Shown here one piece after another: positions 15,496 to 27,045 of a DNA stretch of 64,000 nucleotides (the first letter of the stretch is position 1; each line of letters begins with the position of its first letter). The translations under genes were made by a program, and so were the position numbers. The stretch covers positions 1,178,001-1,242,000 of the forward strand of contig CM075998.1 of NCBI GenBank assembly GCA_038087875.1, in the 5' to 3' direction. This stretch comes from Malacoraja senta. Its lineage: Eukaryota. The notes under the pieces are model-generated. The model did no database searches, was not told the origin of the DNA, and saw only the letters and a program-made list of their open reading frames with translations.

Positions 15496-15855
15496 AGGTT
15501 TCATCACACTTCTCTTCCAGATTTGCTGATCTTGGGTACTGCAAATGGAATTTAGCTGCCCTTGATTTCAGACAAAGAATAATATTCCACAGCAAAAGGC
15601 TTCCAACTCTAAGAGACATCCATTGTGAAATAAGGTATTTAAGTTCCCCCCCCCCCCCGTTCACCACCCATTGCTCTCGCTTATCACCCACGCTTACACA
15701 GAGAGCGGCCACACGTGGCGAGTAATTGGGGCAACACCAGTGTAGTGTGGACAGATACCGTTAGCAGGGAGACAAAGATGACTGAAGAGGAAGACGTTTT
15801 TTTTGCACTATTTGCTGTAAAGTTGAACTTAAATGCCACCCAGTGGAGCGCCTAC

Positions 15856-15947
15856 CTTAACGGGTTTGGCTGGAATATTTTGTATTTCCATCGTTGGTCT
15901 TTGTTGTTTCATATCATCAGTTGAAAGCTTTGACATCCCTTCATTTT
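15856..15947 (-). CDS. LIMA1: LIMA1 exon preceding the LIM exon
   Basis: aatgcag|AA AAT...GTT AAG|gtagg, 92 nt, phase 1 to 0. (E)[30 protein letters not shown]|KFQ parallels human ...SPPKAMK|KFQ. Confidence 0.7.
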
Positions 15948-16545
15948 CTGCATTAAAATTCAGTTTTTTTAAATTAAAAAGGATTAAAAGAATGAATTAA
16001 AACCCAGAGCGATTGCTTTGTAGGTGCCAGCACAAACAGAGGATCAATGCTTATTTTCTGTTTGAAATGCAAACATGGCAAGACCTCTAGTGCGCCACCT
16101 TCTGGCTGGAAATGGTTGTGTAGCAGCAGCTGACCACAGATCCCCATGGGGGTGGGGATAATGGCGCTCAGTTGCGAGTCTGGATGGTGGAGGGCGAGGG
16201 GGGCAGATTCTCTGGTGAAATACGTGGACCCTGTGCGCAGGCAGACTCCCGAGTTCAACGACACAGCAGAGCAGCTGATACACTGGGATCCCCGATCAGC
16301 ACGGCTCTGGAACTAAACCGCCAATGGCCAGTTAGTGCCTTGACCAAAGCCGGGCTCCATTTGGTCCACTGACTTTGAATAATTTAAAGCGTGAACATTA
16401 TATTCCCCCCCACAGGAAGGGTTGGTCAGAACTCCAGAGGCAGTCGGGCTCTGGGTGGCCAGGGGTCAGGGTGGTGTCTGGGTGACTGGCTCTGGTACAG
16501 GAAGGACTTGTGTGGGTAACGGAGTGTAACGGCAGCATCCCTTAC

Positions 16546-16614
16546 CTTGGGCATCTCCCATCTTTCAGAAAGCAAACTTTTCCAAGAGGATTGGGTGCTC
16601 TCAATCACAGAGCC
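16546..16614 (-). CDS. LIMA1: Probable LIMA1 internal exon (frame issue, see findings)
   Basis: Strong acceptor cccttgtgcttttcctcag| and donor AAG|gtaagg. 69 nt, open only in phase 0: GSVIESTQSSWKSLLSERWEMPK. Confidence 0.6.
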
Positions 16615-17799
16615 CTGAGGAAAAGCACAAGGGAAATTGGAAAGTTGCATTTTCTGGTGTACGAAATTCCTGCTGCTCTTCAATCTGATCAATGCGCTTA
16701 CACTCTGGTGGGTAAAGGACACCTTGATTCAACCATTAATCCCCTGGTCAGCAGTGTAGAAAAGATTGAAGAGCGAGAGATTGGTGCTAAAAATTCCCGA
16801 GATTGGAATACTAGTTAAATCATGGTGCTCCGAGATTATTTTACAAACTGAGATTGAAATAGGTTCTGTTTTTAAAGTAAGTCGTGGATGAAACTGGAAC
16901 AACTTGGCATTGCAGAAGCCAGAATGGTCAGAGATGTGAAGCTGGACACAAAGTGCTGGAGTAATCAGCAGGTCAGCAGCATCTCTGGAGTACATGGATA
17001 GGTGACGTTTTGGGTCGGGACCTCTTCAGACCAGATGTAAAGCTGCTGGGGTTATGGCGATATGTTCCTCACATGCAGGGAGTTTCAAGGTGCAGTGCCA
17101 ACTCCAGAAATTACTTGGAAAAGCGGTTTCATTAAGAGGCCAGCAGGCAACGCAGTCCCTGAATTAATCCTGTGTTGCTTTGAAGTTCTCCAGAAACGGA
17201 AGGATTTGAAATCTGCCAGCAATGAGTGCAATAATGTGGAAAATCACAAGAGACTATTTGTGCACCAGGAGCTACAAGGCAGCAGAGTAATAAATGACCA
17301 AACTGCAGATTTTAGGGAGTGTTGATTGGCAGCAGTGTGAAAACTGTGCACAAATGGAGATTGCAGAGTGTGGGCTGACCAGAAGAGGGCACTAATTCAC
17401 AATTATTAAGGCAGCCAAGAAAGCATGCGTATGCATCTACTGAATATTGCAACATGTCCCGATGTTTGCAACAGATACAAGAACGGGCACCTCGGGACAT
17501 CTCCACACACCAGCAAATACTAAATCACACAACATCAGGAAAAGGGGTGGAGGACACCATCGACCTTCAGGGGTTGAAGAGAATTCTAAAGGGTAATGGG
17601 AGGCTTTGATCCCGAAACTATGGAAGGGAAGCAAATCTCCTGCCATTCTCCGAATCCAGGCATCCAGCCAAAGTCAAGCTGGTGGATTCTTGAAACAAAG
17701 TAGCTATGGTTCATGTAGAAACAACTCAGCCATGACTCTATGTCAGCCCTGCTGGGATCAATACTGTACAACTATTCCTGCTAAAGAACGCTGACATAC

Positions 17800-17913
17800 C
17801 TTCTGCAGCTCCACATGGGGGGAGGTGCTGGTCAAAGGTTCTGGTGGCACATTCTCTTTCTGTTCATTGCCGTTGCTTGCATGTATTTCAAGGTCACTGG
17901 TGCATATGTCAGA
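17800..17913 (-). CDS. LIMA1: LIMA1 internal exon with the EQKENVPP motif
   Basis: ctgttctag|TCT...AAG|gtatgt, 114 nt, phase 0-0. [38 protein letters not shown] matches human ...[12 protein letters not shown]...EK. Confidence 0.9.
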
Positions 17914-18609
17914 CTAGAACAGATAAAGGCAGCACAAACATGCAGAGAATCAAAAGAACATCACAATGGTCTTGCAAAACACAGTCTGCCCTCATTTGCA
18001 AGCTGGTTAAATTACAGGGTGTTTAAAGAAATTAAAAATGAAAAATAAACCAAGTAATTACTCAGGAGCTAAAACTGCTTGCACAGTGGCAATAAAGGCA
18101 GGTGAAGTCCCAACAATACAATGAGCATGTTGTCAGCATTACGGACCAAAATGGAGGTCCAAGAGGAGACAGAACTGCAACAGATTCGACAGCTGCACTC
18201 TGCAACAATGGTGCAATTCAAAACTCAGACCAGGAACATTGAAACCAAGTCTTAAAAAAGATGTTTACTCCAAAGATGTGGGCAAATGGGATTAATGCAG
18301 GTGGGCAAAAAAGGTCAGCATGGATGCAGTGGGCCGAAGGCCCATTTCCGTCCTATACAACTATGACAGACCAAATTGTAATTTTCATCTTACTTCCTGG
18401 TTCCTTGACTGCCTTTCATCTGCTTCCCCCCCCCCCCCCCCCCATTCAGTTGTGTTTTTGCTGCAGGGGATGGACGTGAAACTATAAGGAGATATTGAGA
18501 ATAATAGATGTCGTGTTGCTGCACATTTTACTGATGTGGTTATTCATCGTGTCCTATTACACAACATCTATTATTCTCAATATCTTCCCTATAGATTCAC
18601 AAAGACATA

Positions 18610-19045
18610 AAAGGGAGAGGTTGAGCTACAGGGGGAGGTTGGGGCAAGCTGGGTCTTTATACCTTGGAGCACAGGAGGATGAGGGGTGATCTTATTGAGT
18701 TGTACAAAATCATGAGAGGAATAGATCAGGTAAATGCATGGTCCCTTGCCTAGAGTAGGGGAATCAAGAACCAGAGGACATAGGTTTAAGGTGAGAGGGG
18801 TAATCCGAAGGGAAACTTTTATTTTCTTTACACAAAGGGTGTTGGGTATATGGAACGAGCTGTCAGAGGAGTAGTCGAGGCAGGTATTATCATAATGTTT
18901 AAAAGGCACTTGGACGGGTACATGGATAGGCTGGGTTCAGAGGGATATGGGCCAAGCGCGGGCAGGTGGGACTAGTATAGATGGGGCATGTTGGTCGGCA
19001 TGGGCAAGTTGGGCTGAAGGGCCTGTTTCCACACTGTAGGACTCT
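18610..19045 (+). mobile_element. CR1 (HER1-like) LINE 3' fragment
   Basis: LSYRGRL...RGDLIE.YKIMRGID, TRGHRFKV and tail gggctgaagggcctgtttcc. Confidence 0.85.
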
Positions 19046-20154
19046 ACATTTTGTGGCACAACCTCCCAACGCTCTTTACAGCCAAGGGCATGGTCTGGGG
19101 TAAGCGTCACTGCAGTGATTCAATAAATCCGTGGGACAGGTTCAACCTTGTGGGCTGTGGGCAACCGGGGATTCAACAGACCCTCTGCCCATACAAACCA
19201 AGCCCCATGCTGATGGTGACAGTCGGGAGCCTGGTTAGACATCGGCAGCTGAGAGCTGCAGAGGCACCAGCGGACAAACTGTTGAGCGGAAGCTGTCCGC
19301 GTGGAGATGGCGGGCTGGAGAGCATCACTGTTCTAAGTTCTCACCGCCTGTAAATTTAGATTCAAACCAGTGGCAATCCTCTCTGTGCATCAACCAATCA
19401 TCTTCAAAACCCAATTCTGCTCTCACACACTGACTCTGGAAACAAAGGTACATGGCCAGCAGCAGGGCTGTTGCCAACCTCGCCCGACCCTTTACAACAT
19501 TCACAGGATGAACATATAAAAATTAAAACGGACACAGATCTCACAATAGATGAATATACCAGTCTGAAACTTCGGGATAGGATGCAGGGAAATGTCAGGG
19601 GAACCTATTTGAGCTCTGGAGGTTTAACAGTGTCTCTATGCCGGGGACCTGTGGGTCAGTCATCCTTGCTTCTGATAACCATCAGGAGAAGGCAAGGGTC
19701 AGCGGAGGTACCGTCGCCTGTGGTGAAACCATATGCAAGTCAATCTGACTGCTATACAGATTGACCTCCTTGCCCTGAGGAAGGCAATGGCAGCTGGCAA
19801 GTGCTGCTGTCACAGAATTAAGGAGTGAGAAACAGAGTTAGCGTTTCGGATCGGTGACCTTCCCTCAGAACTGGCGAGACCAAAGTGAGAAACACGCACG
19901 TCTTCTGGCTGTTCCTTTTTTTGTTTTAAATGGAAGGGGCCTGGAACAGAAACATTCATTGTTTCTCTTGCCATTTAGGCTGCCTAAATGCTGAGTGATT
20001 GAGGGATGGTCTATTGGACTTTGTGGCATTTGCAATCACAGGATAGGTAAGACATAGGAAGAAAGACAATCGCCCACTGAGTTCCTACAGAAACAAACCA
20101 GAAATTAAGAATAAAAATGTTTAAAAGTTTTTCTATAATACGCATGTTGTTAAG

Positions 20155-20615
20155 CTGGTTAGGGTGCAGAGAAGATTTACGAGGATGTTGCCAGGACTCG
20201 AGGCCCTGAGCTATAAGGAGAGGTCAAGCAGGCTAGGAGTTTCTTTGAGTGCAAGAGGATGAGGGGTGATCTGTACAAAATCATGAGAGGAATAGATCGG
20301 GTGGACGCACAGTCTCTTGTCCACAGTAGGGGAATGGAGAACCAGGGGACAGGTTTAAGGTGAGGGGGGGAAAGATTTAATAGGGACCAGAGGGGTAACC
20401 TTTGCACACAGAGGGTGATGGGTGAATGGAACGAGCTGCCAGAGGAGATTGTTGAGCCAGGTACTATCGCGACATTTAAGAAACATTTATACGGGTACAC
20501 AGATAGGTCAGGTTTAGAGGGATATGGGCCAAATGCAGGCAGGTGGGACTAGTGTAGATGGGGCATGTTGGTCGGGGTGGGCAAGTTGGGCCGAAGGGCC
20601 CGTTTCCACGCTGCC
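20155..20615 (+). mobile_element. CR1 (HER1-like) LINE 3' fragment
   Basis: VQRRFTRMLPGL...YKIMRGID...TQRVMGEWNELP and tail. Confidence 0.85.
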
Positions 20616-20674
20616 ATGCTGGATGTCACCCACATCCACAAGAGAGGTTGCAAGTAAACCACGGCCCCTTTTAC

Positions 20675-20767
20675 CTGCGACAGCTTCTTCGGACTGGCCA
20701 CTTCCCTGGTCTCCCACAGTTCCTTGGTGCCGACCACTTCCCCCAGCGCCACATGCTCTTCCAAAGT
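20675..20767 (-). CDS. LIMA1: Candidate LIMA1 internal exon with a caldesmon/LSP1-like KxxWE motif
   Basis: gcctag|ACT...CAG|gtaaaa, 93 nt, phase 0-0, coding-like GC3. [31 protein letters not shown] is phase-compatible with the 17800-17913 exon. Confidence 0.55.
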
Positions 20768-20864
20768 CTAGGCATTTTCCAAGACAACAGTTAGTGTCAG
20801 AAGCAGTCGAGCTCTGTTCAACAAGCACTTCTCGAATCGATAGACTTCAACTGGAGCAAATTTA

Positions 20865-21240
20865 AGAACAAGCCTTCCTTTCTATAGCCTCGTCACAGCC
20901 TTGGGGGTTGTCGAGGGTCCACAGCATTTTGTAGCCAAAGATTAACTTGGCAGTCACTGCTCCACACGCAGGAAACACGGCAGCCATTTGCGCACAGCAA
21001 GCTCCCCACACCAGCAAATTGAGGAGATTGTTTTTTAAGGAGGATGATAAAGGAATAGATGTTGGCCAGGACACCAGGGAACTCCTCTCACAGTGAGCTC
21101 TTTTACATAAACCCAACCATCTAGGAAGCACCTCCAACAATACGGCACTCCTTCACTAACGCATTGTCTGCTCATGTCTCTGGGCAAGTCTTGAATCCAC
21201 AACCTCCATGCAAAGAGTCAGAGAGAACGGTGTCCACCAG
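20865..21240 (-). mobile_element. DeuSINE-type (SacSINE1-like) remnant
   Basis: ggtgtcctggccaa and gcttgctgtgcgcaaatggctgccgtgtttcc Deu-like blocks. Related remnants near 6560-6720, 8870-9085 and 47150-47320. Confidence 0.6.
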
Positions 21241-21262
21241 ATGACAACTTTCACCTCAATAA

Positions 21263-21450
21263 GATAGACACAAAATGGAGTAACTCAGCAGGACAGGCAA
21301 TATCTCTGGAGAGAAGCAGTTTCAGTCTGAAGGTCTCGACCAGAAACGTCACCCATTCCTTCTCGCCGGAGATGCTGCCTGTCCCGCTGAGTTACTCCAG
21401 CATTTTGTGTCTGTCTTCAGTGTGAACAAGCATATGTGGTTCCTTCCCAC
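21263..21450. repeat. Palindromic Penelope terminal-repeat pair
   Basis: gacacaaaatggagtaactcagc... paired with ...gctgagttactccagcattttgtgtc. Confidence 0.75.
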
Positions 21451-22429
21451 ACACTATCACCTCAAGGTCCACTTTGACAAAAATGGGCTGAAAAATCATC
21501 ATCAACATACAATGATGGGGCAGAATGGCTTCCCTGCAAACACGCCCTGTTAAAGTGTGATCCATCTTTTGGATGAGAAGTTCAAACAGACACCAGCCGG
21601 CTGCCCCCTCAAATGGATGCAAAAGATAAAACAGCACAGTTTACAGTAACAGTGCAGCTTCCTGGGGTCCTGGCCAATCATCTGAATGTTTTTTCCACTC
21701 ATTTGCTACTTATGGGATCATGCCATGCACAACTGACTGCCGTGTTTGGCTACACTGCAATCACACTATTATCCAATTTCACTGGTTGTGAAGTGCTGTA
21801 AAGATGCGGTAAGCTGCTACGCAAACTCAAATCTGCAGTTTGCAGCAAGTCCCCATTTTTTTTTCATTTTTAAGGAGATAGTACTATTTTAGGGTAAGAG
21901 GGGAAACTCACTAGGCTGGGAAAGGTTTGTTACTGTGCACAACACTACATTTAGGACATTCAACCAGAAACGTGACTGAAAGCTGTAATATGAAGTCTGC
22001 TCCGCTCAAAAGTTAGAATTATCGAAGGCTGTGACAAAGTGACAGAAAGATGGAAGTGAGGGAATCAGCCCAAAATGGAATTAAAAGCAAGGGGGAAATA
22101 AAATCCTGCTGTCAACGTGTGGAACTTGGACTGTATTTGTCCAAGCGAGACAAATTCATCCATGTGGAATGCAAGCCGAGTTCAAGTGCTGGGGGAGGGG
22201 GGTGGGGGGTGGGGGAAAGATGATGATAATGGCAGCTTCTTGCAGGACCCAGACAAGAGCCTGCTGGATCACTGGGCTCCTGAAGGGTTAACAGCCATGT
22301 GAAGGGCAGACAGCAGCAGTGTTGCTTCAGGCTTAGTGTCTCAGGGGAGAGAGCGAGAGAGAGACAGACAGGGGGAAATTAATTATTCAAACAATCACAT
22401 TGGCGGCAGCAGACAGTGAAACCTTACAC

Positions 22430-22629
22430 NNNNNNNNNNNNNNNNNNNNNNNNNNNNNNNNNNNNNNNNNNNNNNNNNNNNNNNNNNNNNNNNNNNNNNN
22501 NNNNNNNNNNNNNNNNNNNNNNNNNNNNNNNNNNNNNNNNNNNNNNNNNNNNNNNNNNNNNNNNNNNNNNNNNNNNNNNNNNNNNNNNNNNNNNNNNNNN
22601 NNNNNNNNNNNNNNNNNNNNNNNNNNNNN
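22430..22629. other. Assembly gap (200 N)
   Basis: Run of exactly 200 n, typical of a placeholder of unknown size. Confidence 0.99.
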
Positions 22630-23964
22630 CTTCCCTACTTCATGTGGGACAGTTGCCCCCCCCCCCCCCCCCAACCCAAGTCTAATCATCCCATCGCCTC
22701 ACTTATACAAGCCTTTGTTGGACACTTTACTCTGCACACGTGTTCACTGACCTCTTGCCGTAGCACATTCCCCAGAGTCTCAGGCATAGTTTGTGTAAGA
22801 CAATTTATGTGCCTCCTCTTAAAATGAAAGCATATATTCTATTTATGACCCAGTTCTGTTTTTTTTGTGCCTGGCCCAAGACCTCGATCTTCATACAATC
22901 CTTTCCTCAAACAGCCGTGTTGGTGCATTGAAATTGAAGGCAATGGTTAACATGCCCAGGTTGAGCACATTCAGGATCAATGGGACACTGTTCACCGAGT
23001 AGACAGGTACATGGATAGGAGAGGTTTAGAGGGTTATATGGGCCAAACACAGGCAGGTGGGACACGTGTAGATGGGGCATGTTGGTCGGTGTGGGCAAGT
23101 TGGGCCAGTTTCTGTACTGTACAACTATGACTCGTGCTGCATGCCGTTTGGGATGTACAATCTTGCTGTATAAGTGAAAGACAGATCGACATTGATTTTT
23201 GGCTTATTCTCAATAAATGGTGTCGTTGTGCCATTACTGACAACAGATTTAAAAGGTTTATTTGGCTTTATTCCAACTCTCAATTGCAAAGAAAAAGGAC
23301 TAGCACTCACAGCTGGCTCAGTGTAATGTCCGTCAAGGCACGAGATATCAGGTTCAGGTCCGAGTTGCGGCTTCCCTCTGCTCTTGGAGTCCCAGACGAG
23401 GAGTCTCTTCCTGCAAGAGTTGCTCTTATTCCAGGCCTTCCTTTGAGGCAAACTGCCTTGGTTATCCGCACAACGTTTTATATTCATTTCATGTTTGCAG
23501 CCTGCCTCTTGACGATTTCCCCGTCTGATATTCGACAATTGGTCCAGAATTTGTACTCTGCACTGAAGCAACAGCACTCACCCATTCTCTGGAAAAAGCT
23601 TCCCGCAAAGATCTAGCCCAGCTATGCCAAGAACATCCCCACTTTCTGATCCCTCCTGCTGCTGCCAGGTGTCAGTTCAATAGGATCGCTGGCATCCAAC
23701 AGCAATGATGTCATTGGCTACACAGCCAACATAATCACATTGAAGAATTGTCAGGAAAGTCTTCAACCCTCTACAAAGTGCTATATAAAGATGGCCATGT
23801 ACATCAGATAATAGGCATATAGTTAAAATTAGAAGCCAAAATAACTTTAAGTGGCAAGTCCGTTATATTTTATGAACGCTAGACTAAAGGGATTACTGAA
23901 CACTAATTATGATGGCACATCAATATAAACACAGTTGCACATATAACAAAACACAAGAGACACC

Positions 23965-24108
23965 AGGAACTCCAGATGCTGGTTTACAAAAAAAAAGACA
24001 AAGTGCTGGAGTAACTCAGCGGGTCAGACAGCAAGGGTCCCGACCCGAAACGTCACCTATCCATGTTCTCTGGAGATGCTGCCTGACCCGCTGAGTTACT
24101 CTAGCACT
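23965..24108. repeat. Palindromic Penelope terminal-repeat pair
   Basis: agtgctggagtaactcagcgggtcag ... ctgacccgctgagttactctagcact. Confidence 0.75.
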
Positions 24109-24139
24109 GTTTTTTTCCCAACTAAAGAAGATTTTTCCA

Positions 24140-24385
24140 ACAAGGATTTTTTTTAGCCAGAGGATGCTGAATCTGTGGCATTCATTGCCATCGACAGCAG
24201 TGGAGGCCAAGTCATTGGGTATTTTTAAAAGCAGAGATTGAGAGGTTCTTGGTTAGTGAGGGTGTCAAAGGTTACAGGGAGAAGGCAGGAGAACGGGATT
24301 GAGAGAAAAATGAGAAAAATAGGTCAGCCATGATTGAATGACGTAACAGACTTGATGGGCCGAATGGCCCGATTCTGCTCCTATT
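24140..24385 (+). mobile_element. CR1 LINE 3' fragment
   Basis: QRMLNLWHSLP...GVKGYREKAG and cagccatgattgaatg tail. Confidence 0.75.
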
Positions 24386-25104
24386 TCTTACATCTAATGC
24401 AAAGGCAGATAGTATAGGCATTATTGCAGCAAAATCCACACCAACAAAGGTTTGGGCTTCAATAATTAGTCATATTTGACTATCCATCCGTGTACCCATC
24501 CTTATTCCAAACCTCCTCCAGTAGATTGTTCGCTGCCTCTAACTTCCGATATTCATTTTTGCTTGGGAAATTGTTGGATTTTGCATTTTTACTCACTCCA
24601 TCCAATATTCTCAACAACAACAAAATTTGAATGTCGCAGTTTTGTAGGGAAAAAAGGGTCGGAACTTAATGTGCAAGATATTTTTGGAAATAGGAGGAAG
24701 AAAATCTAATTTAATTTAGGTTTTGGGGTTACAAGACAGTAAAGAACAAGGCACACAGAAGGATGTACTTATCCTTTGTATGGATCCAATTGATTTTTGT
24801 TGACCCACAAGGAACTTTCCTTAGTCTCTTTACAGTTGAGGGATAATTTTAACTTCCCCGATATAATATTTCATTGACTCTATTGACATTCATTCCATTC
24901 AAGGTGAGTAAGTGTAGGGGGTTTTGTTAGAGAATTAAATTGTGCTTGGGAAGATGCCAGAGATGAGTTTTGTGGCCATTTAGTAAAGACATGCTGCCAA
25001 CATGACAGCCATTTTTTGGTCAATATTCAAATTTGGGAAAGAAAAGCTCAAGAGTTTATCCTGCCACTGGTTCTGCAATAGTCAGTTTCAAACAGATTTT
25101 TAAC

Positions 25105-25392
25105 GTTTAGTTTAGAGATCCAGTACAGAAACAGGCCCTTCAGCCCACCGAGTCTGCACCGACCAGCGATCCCCGCACACTAACACGATCCCACACAACA
25201 ACTAAGGACAATTTACAATTTTAACAAAACCAATTAACCTCCAACCCTGTAGGTCTTTGGAGTGTGGGAGGTAACCGGAGCACCGGAGAAAACCCACGTT
25301 GTCATGGGGAGAACGTACAAATTCTGTACAGACAGCACCCATAGTCAGGATCAAACCTGGGTCTCTGGCGCTGTGAGGCAGCAACTCTACCA
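25105..25392 (-). mobile_element. HE1 (V-SINE) copy
   Basis: tRNA-like head gtagagttgctgcctcacagcgccagagaccc, V-domain ggttacctcccacactccaaagac and CR1-like tail gggcctgtttc...tctctaaactaaa. Confidence 0.85.
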
Positions 25393-25994
25393 AATTGTAT
25401 GCATTAAACCTATCCAGAGGTTTACTGGATGGTTTATTTGATGCTTCTGCATGAAGTGGTGGCCAATGTGAATATAAATATACGTGCAAGAATTAAATGA
25501 CAACAATACATATACACATGATATTTTCAGTAGGACCAGATCAAGTTCCAAAAGTTCTCACTTGATTGCAGCGTTAGTTTTTAAAATTTGTCTCTCGATG
25601 TTAACCTGAAATTTCCTTTTCAAGGATGGAAATGTTGTCCAATGGATACACGTACACCTGAGCCACTCCAAAAAGCTGAGCCCTGGGGAGAAATTAACTA
25701 AATGTGCATCACTGATTGCAGCAAAATAAGGAGTCAGTGATGAAATCGTGCATCGTGAAAACACACACACACACAATTGGTTTATTATTGTCACATGTAC
25801 TGAGACACAGTGGAAAAACTTTGCCTTGCATGCCATCCAGTCAAATCATACCATACAAGTACAATCAAGCCATAGACAAGAACAACTGAAAGGTCACCTC
25901 TTCATGTTCTCCAGAGATGTTGCCCGACCCACACTTACTCCAGCACTCTGTCCTTTAGTGTAAACCAGCAACTGCAATTCTTTGTTTTCATGTG

Positions 25995-26335
25995 TATAAA
26001 TAATGAGAGGAATAGATTGGGTAGGGGCACAGAGTCTCTAGCCCAGAGTCGGTGAATCGAGGACCAGAGGACATAGGTTTAAGGTGAAGGGGAAAAGATT
26101 TGAGCGGAATCTTTTTCACACAAAGGGTGGTGGGTGTATGGAACCAACAGAGGAGGTAGTGGAGGCTGGGACTATCCAAACATTTAAGAAACAGTTACAG
26201 ATGCATGAATAGGACAGGTTTGGGGTGTATGGACCAAACGCAGGAAGGTGGGACAAATGTAGCTGGGACATATTGGCTGATATGGCCAAGTTAGGCCGAA
26301 GGGCACGTTTCCACGCGTATAACTCTATGACTATG
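25995..26335 (+). mobile_element. CR1 LINE 3' fragment
   Basis: IMRGID...TRGHRFKVKG and ctctatgactatg tail. Confidence 0.8.
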
Positions 26336-26760
26336 ACAAGGTACAGCAAAGAAAAAAATCAGAGTGCAGAATATAGAGTTACAGCTACACAGAATATCCC
26401 AAAAGACCATAACATGGACATGTTAGCTTGGAAGCTGGGAGGGGAGGAATTTGAAGGTTACTTTTCCTTCTGGGCATTATTAATTTAAAAACAAATTGAG
26501 GTAATGCAACAATTAAAAAATTTTATTTAGTCACTTACCCAGATCTAAACAAACAAATGACAAAAGCAGCCCAGAATAGTCCAATTCCCAAGCAGCATCC
26601 TCTTAATTAGCAAAATATTACATGCTGGTTACCCACACTACAAATGACTTGGATTTTTAAAACACCCAAAATAAAAGTCAGCCTGTATTAACGTAGAAAC
26701 AAGAAACTGCAGATGCTGCTTTACACAAAAGGACAGAGTGCAGGAGTATTTCATTCAAAT

Positions 26761-27045
26761 TGGGGCGGCGCAGCTGGTAGAGCTGCTGCCTCACAGCATC
26801 AGAGCCCCAGGTTTGATCCCAACTTCAGGTGCTGTCTGTGTGAAGTTTTCCATGTGACCGTGTGGGTTTCCTCTAGGTGCTCCGGTTTCCTCCCACATCT
26901 CAAAGACATGCAAGTTTGTAGGTTAATTATCTGCTGTAAAGTGCCGGAAGTGGATGAAAAAGTGGGATAACAGAACTAGTGCAGATGAGAGATCAATGGT
27001 CACAGTGGGCCGAAGGGCCTGTTTCCACACTGTCAAACTAAACTC
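26761..27045 (+). mobile_element. HE1 (V-SINE) copy
   Basis: Same head, V-domain and tail on the + strand. Confidence 0.8.

Noticed and set aside
22387-22750. ORFs spanning the N-run
   Set aside because: Artefacts of the gap.
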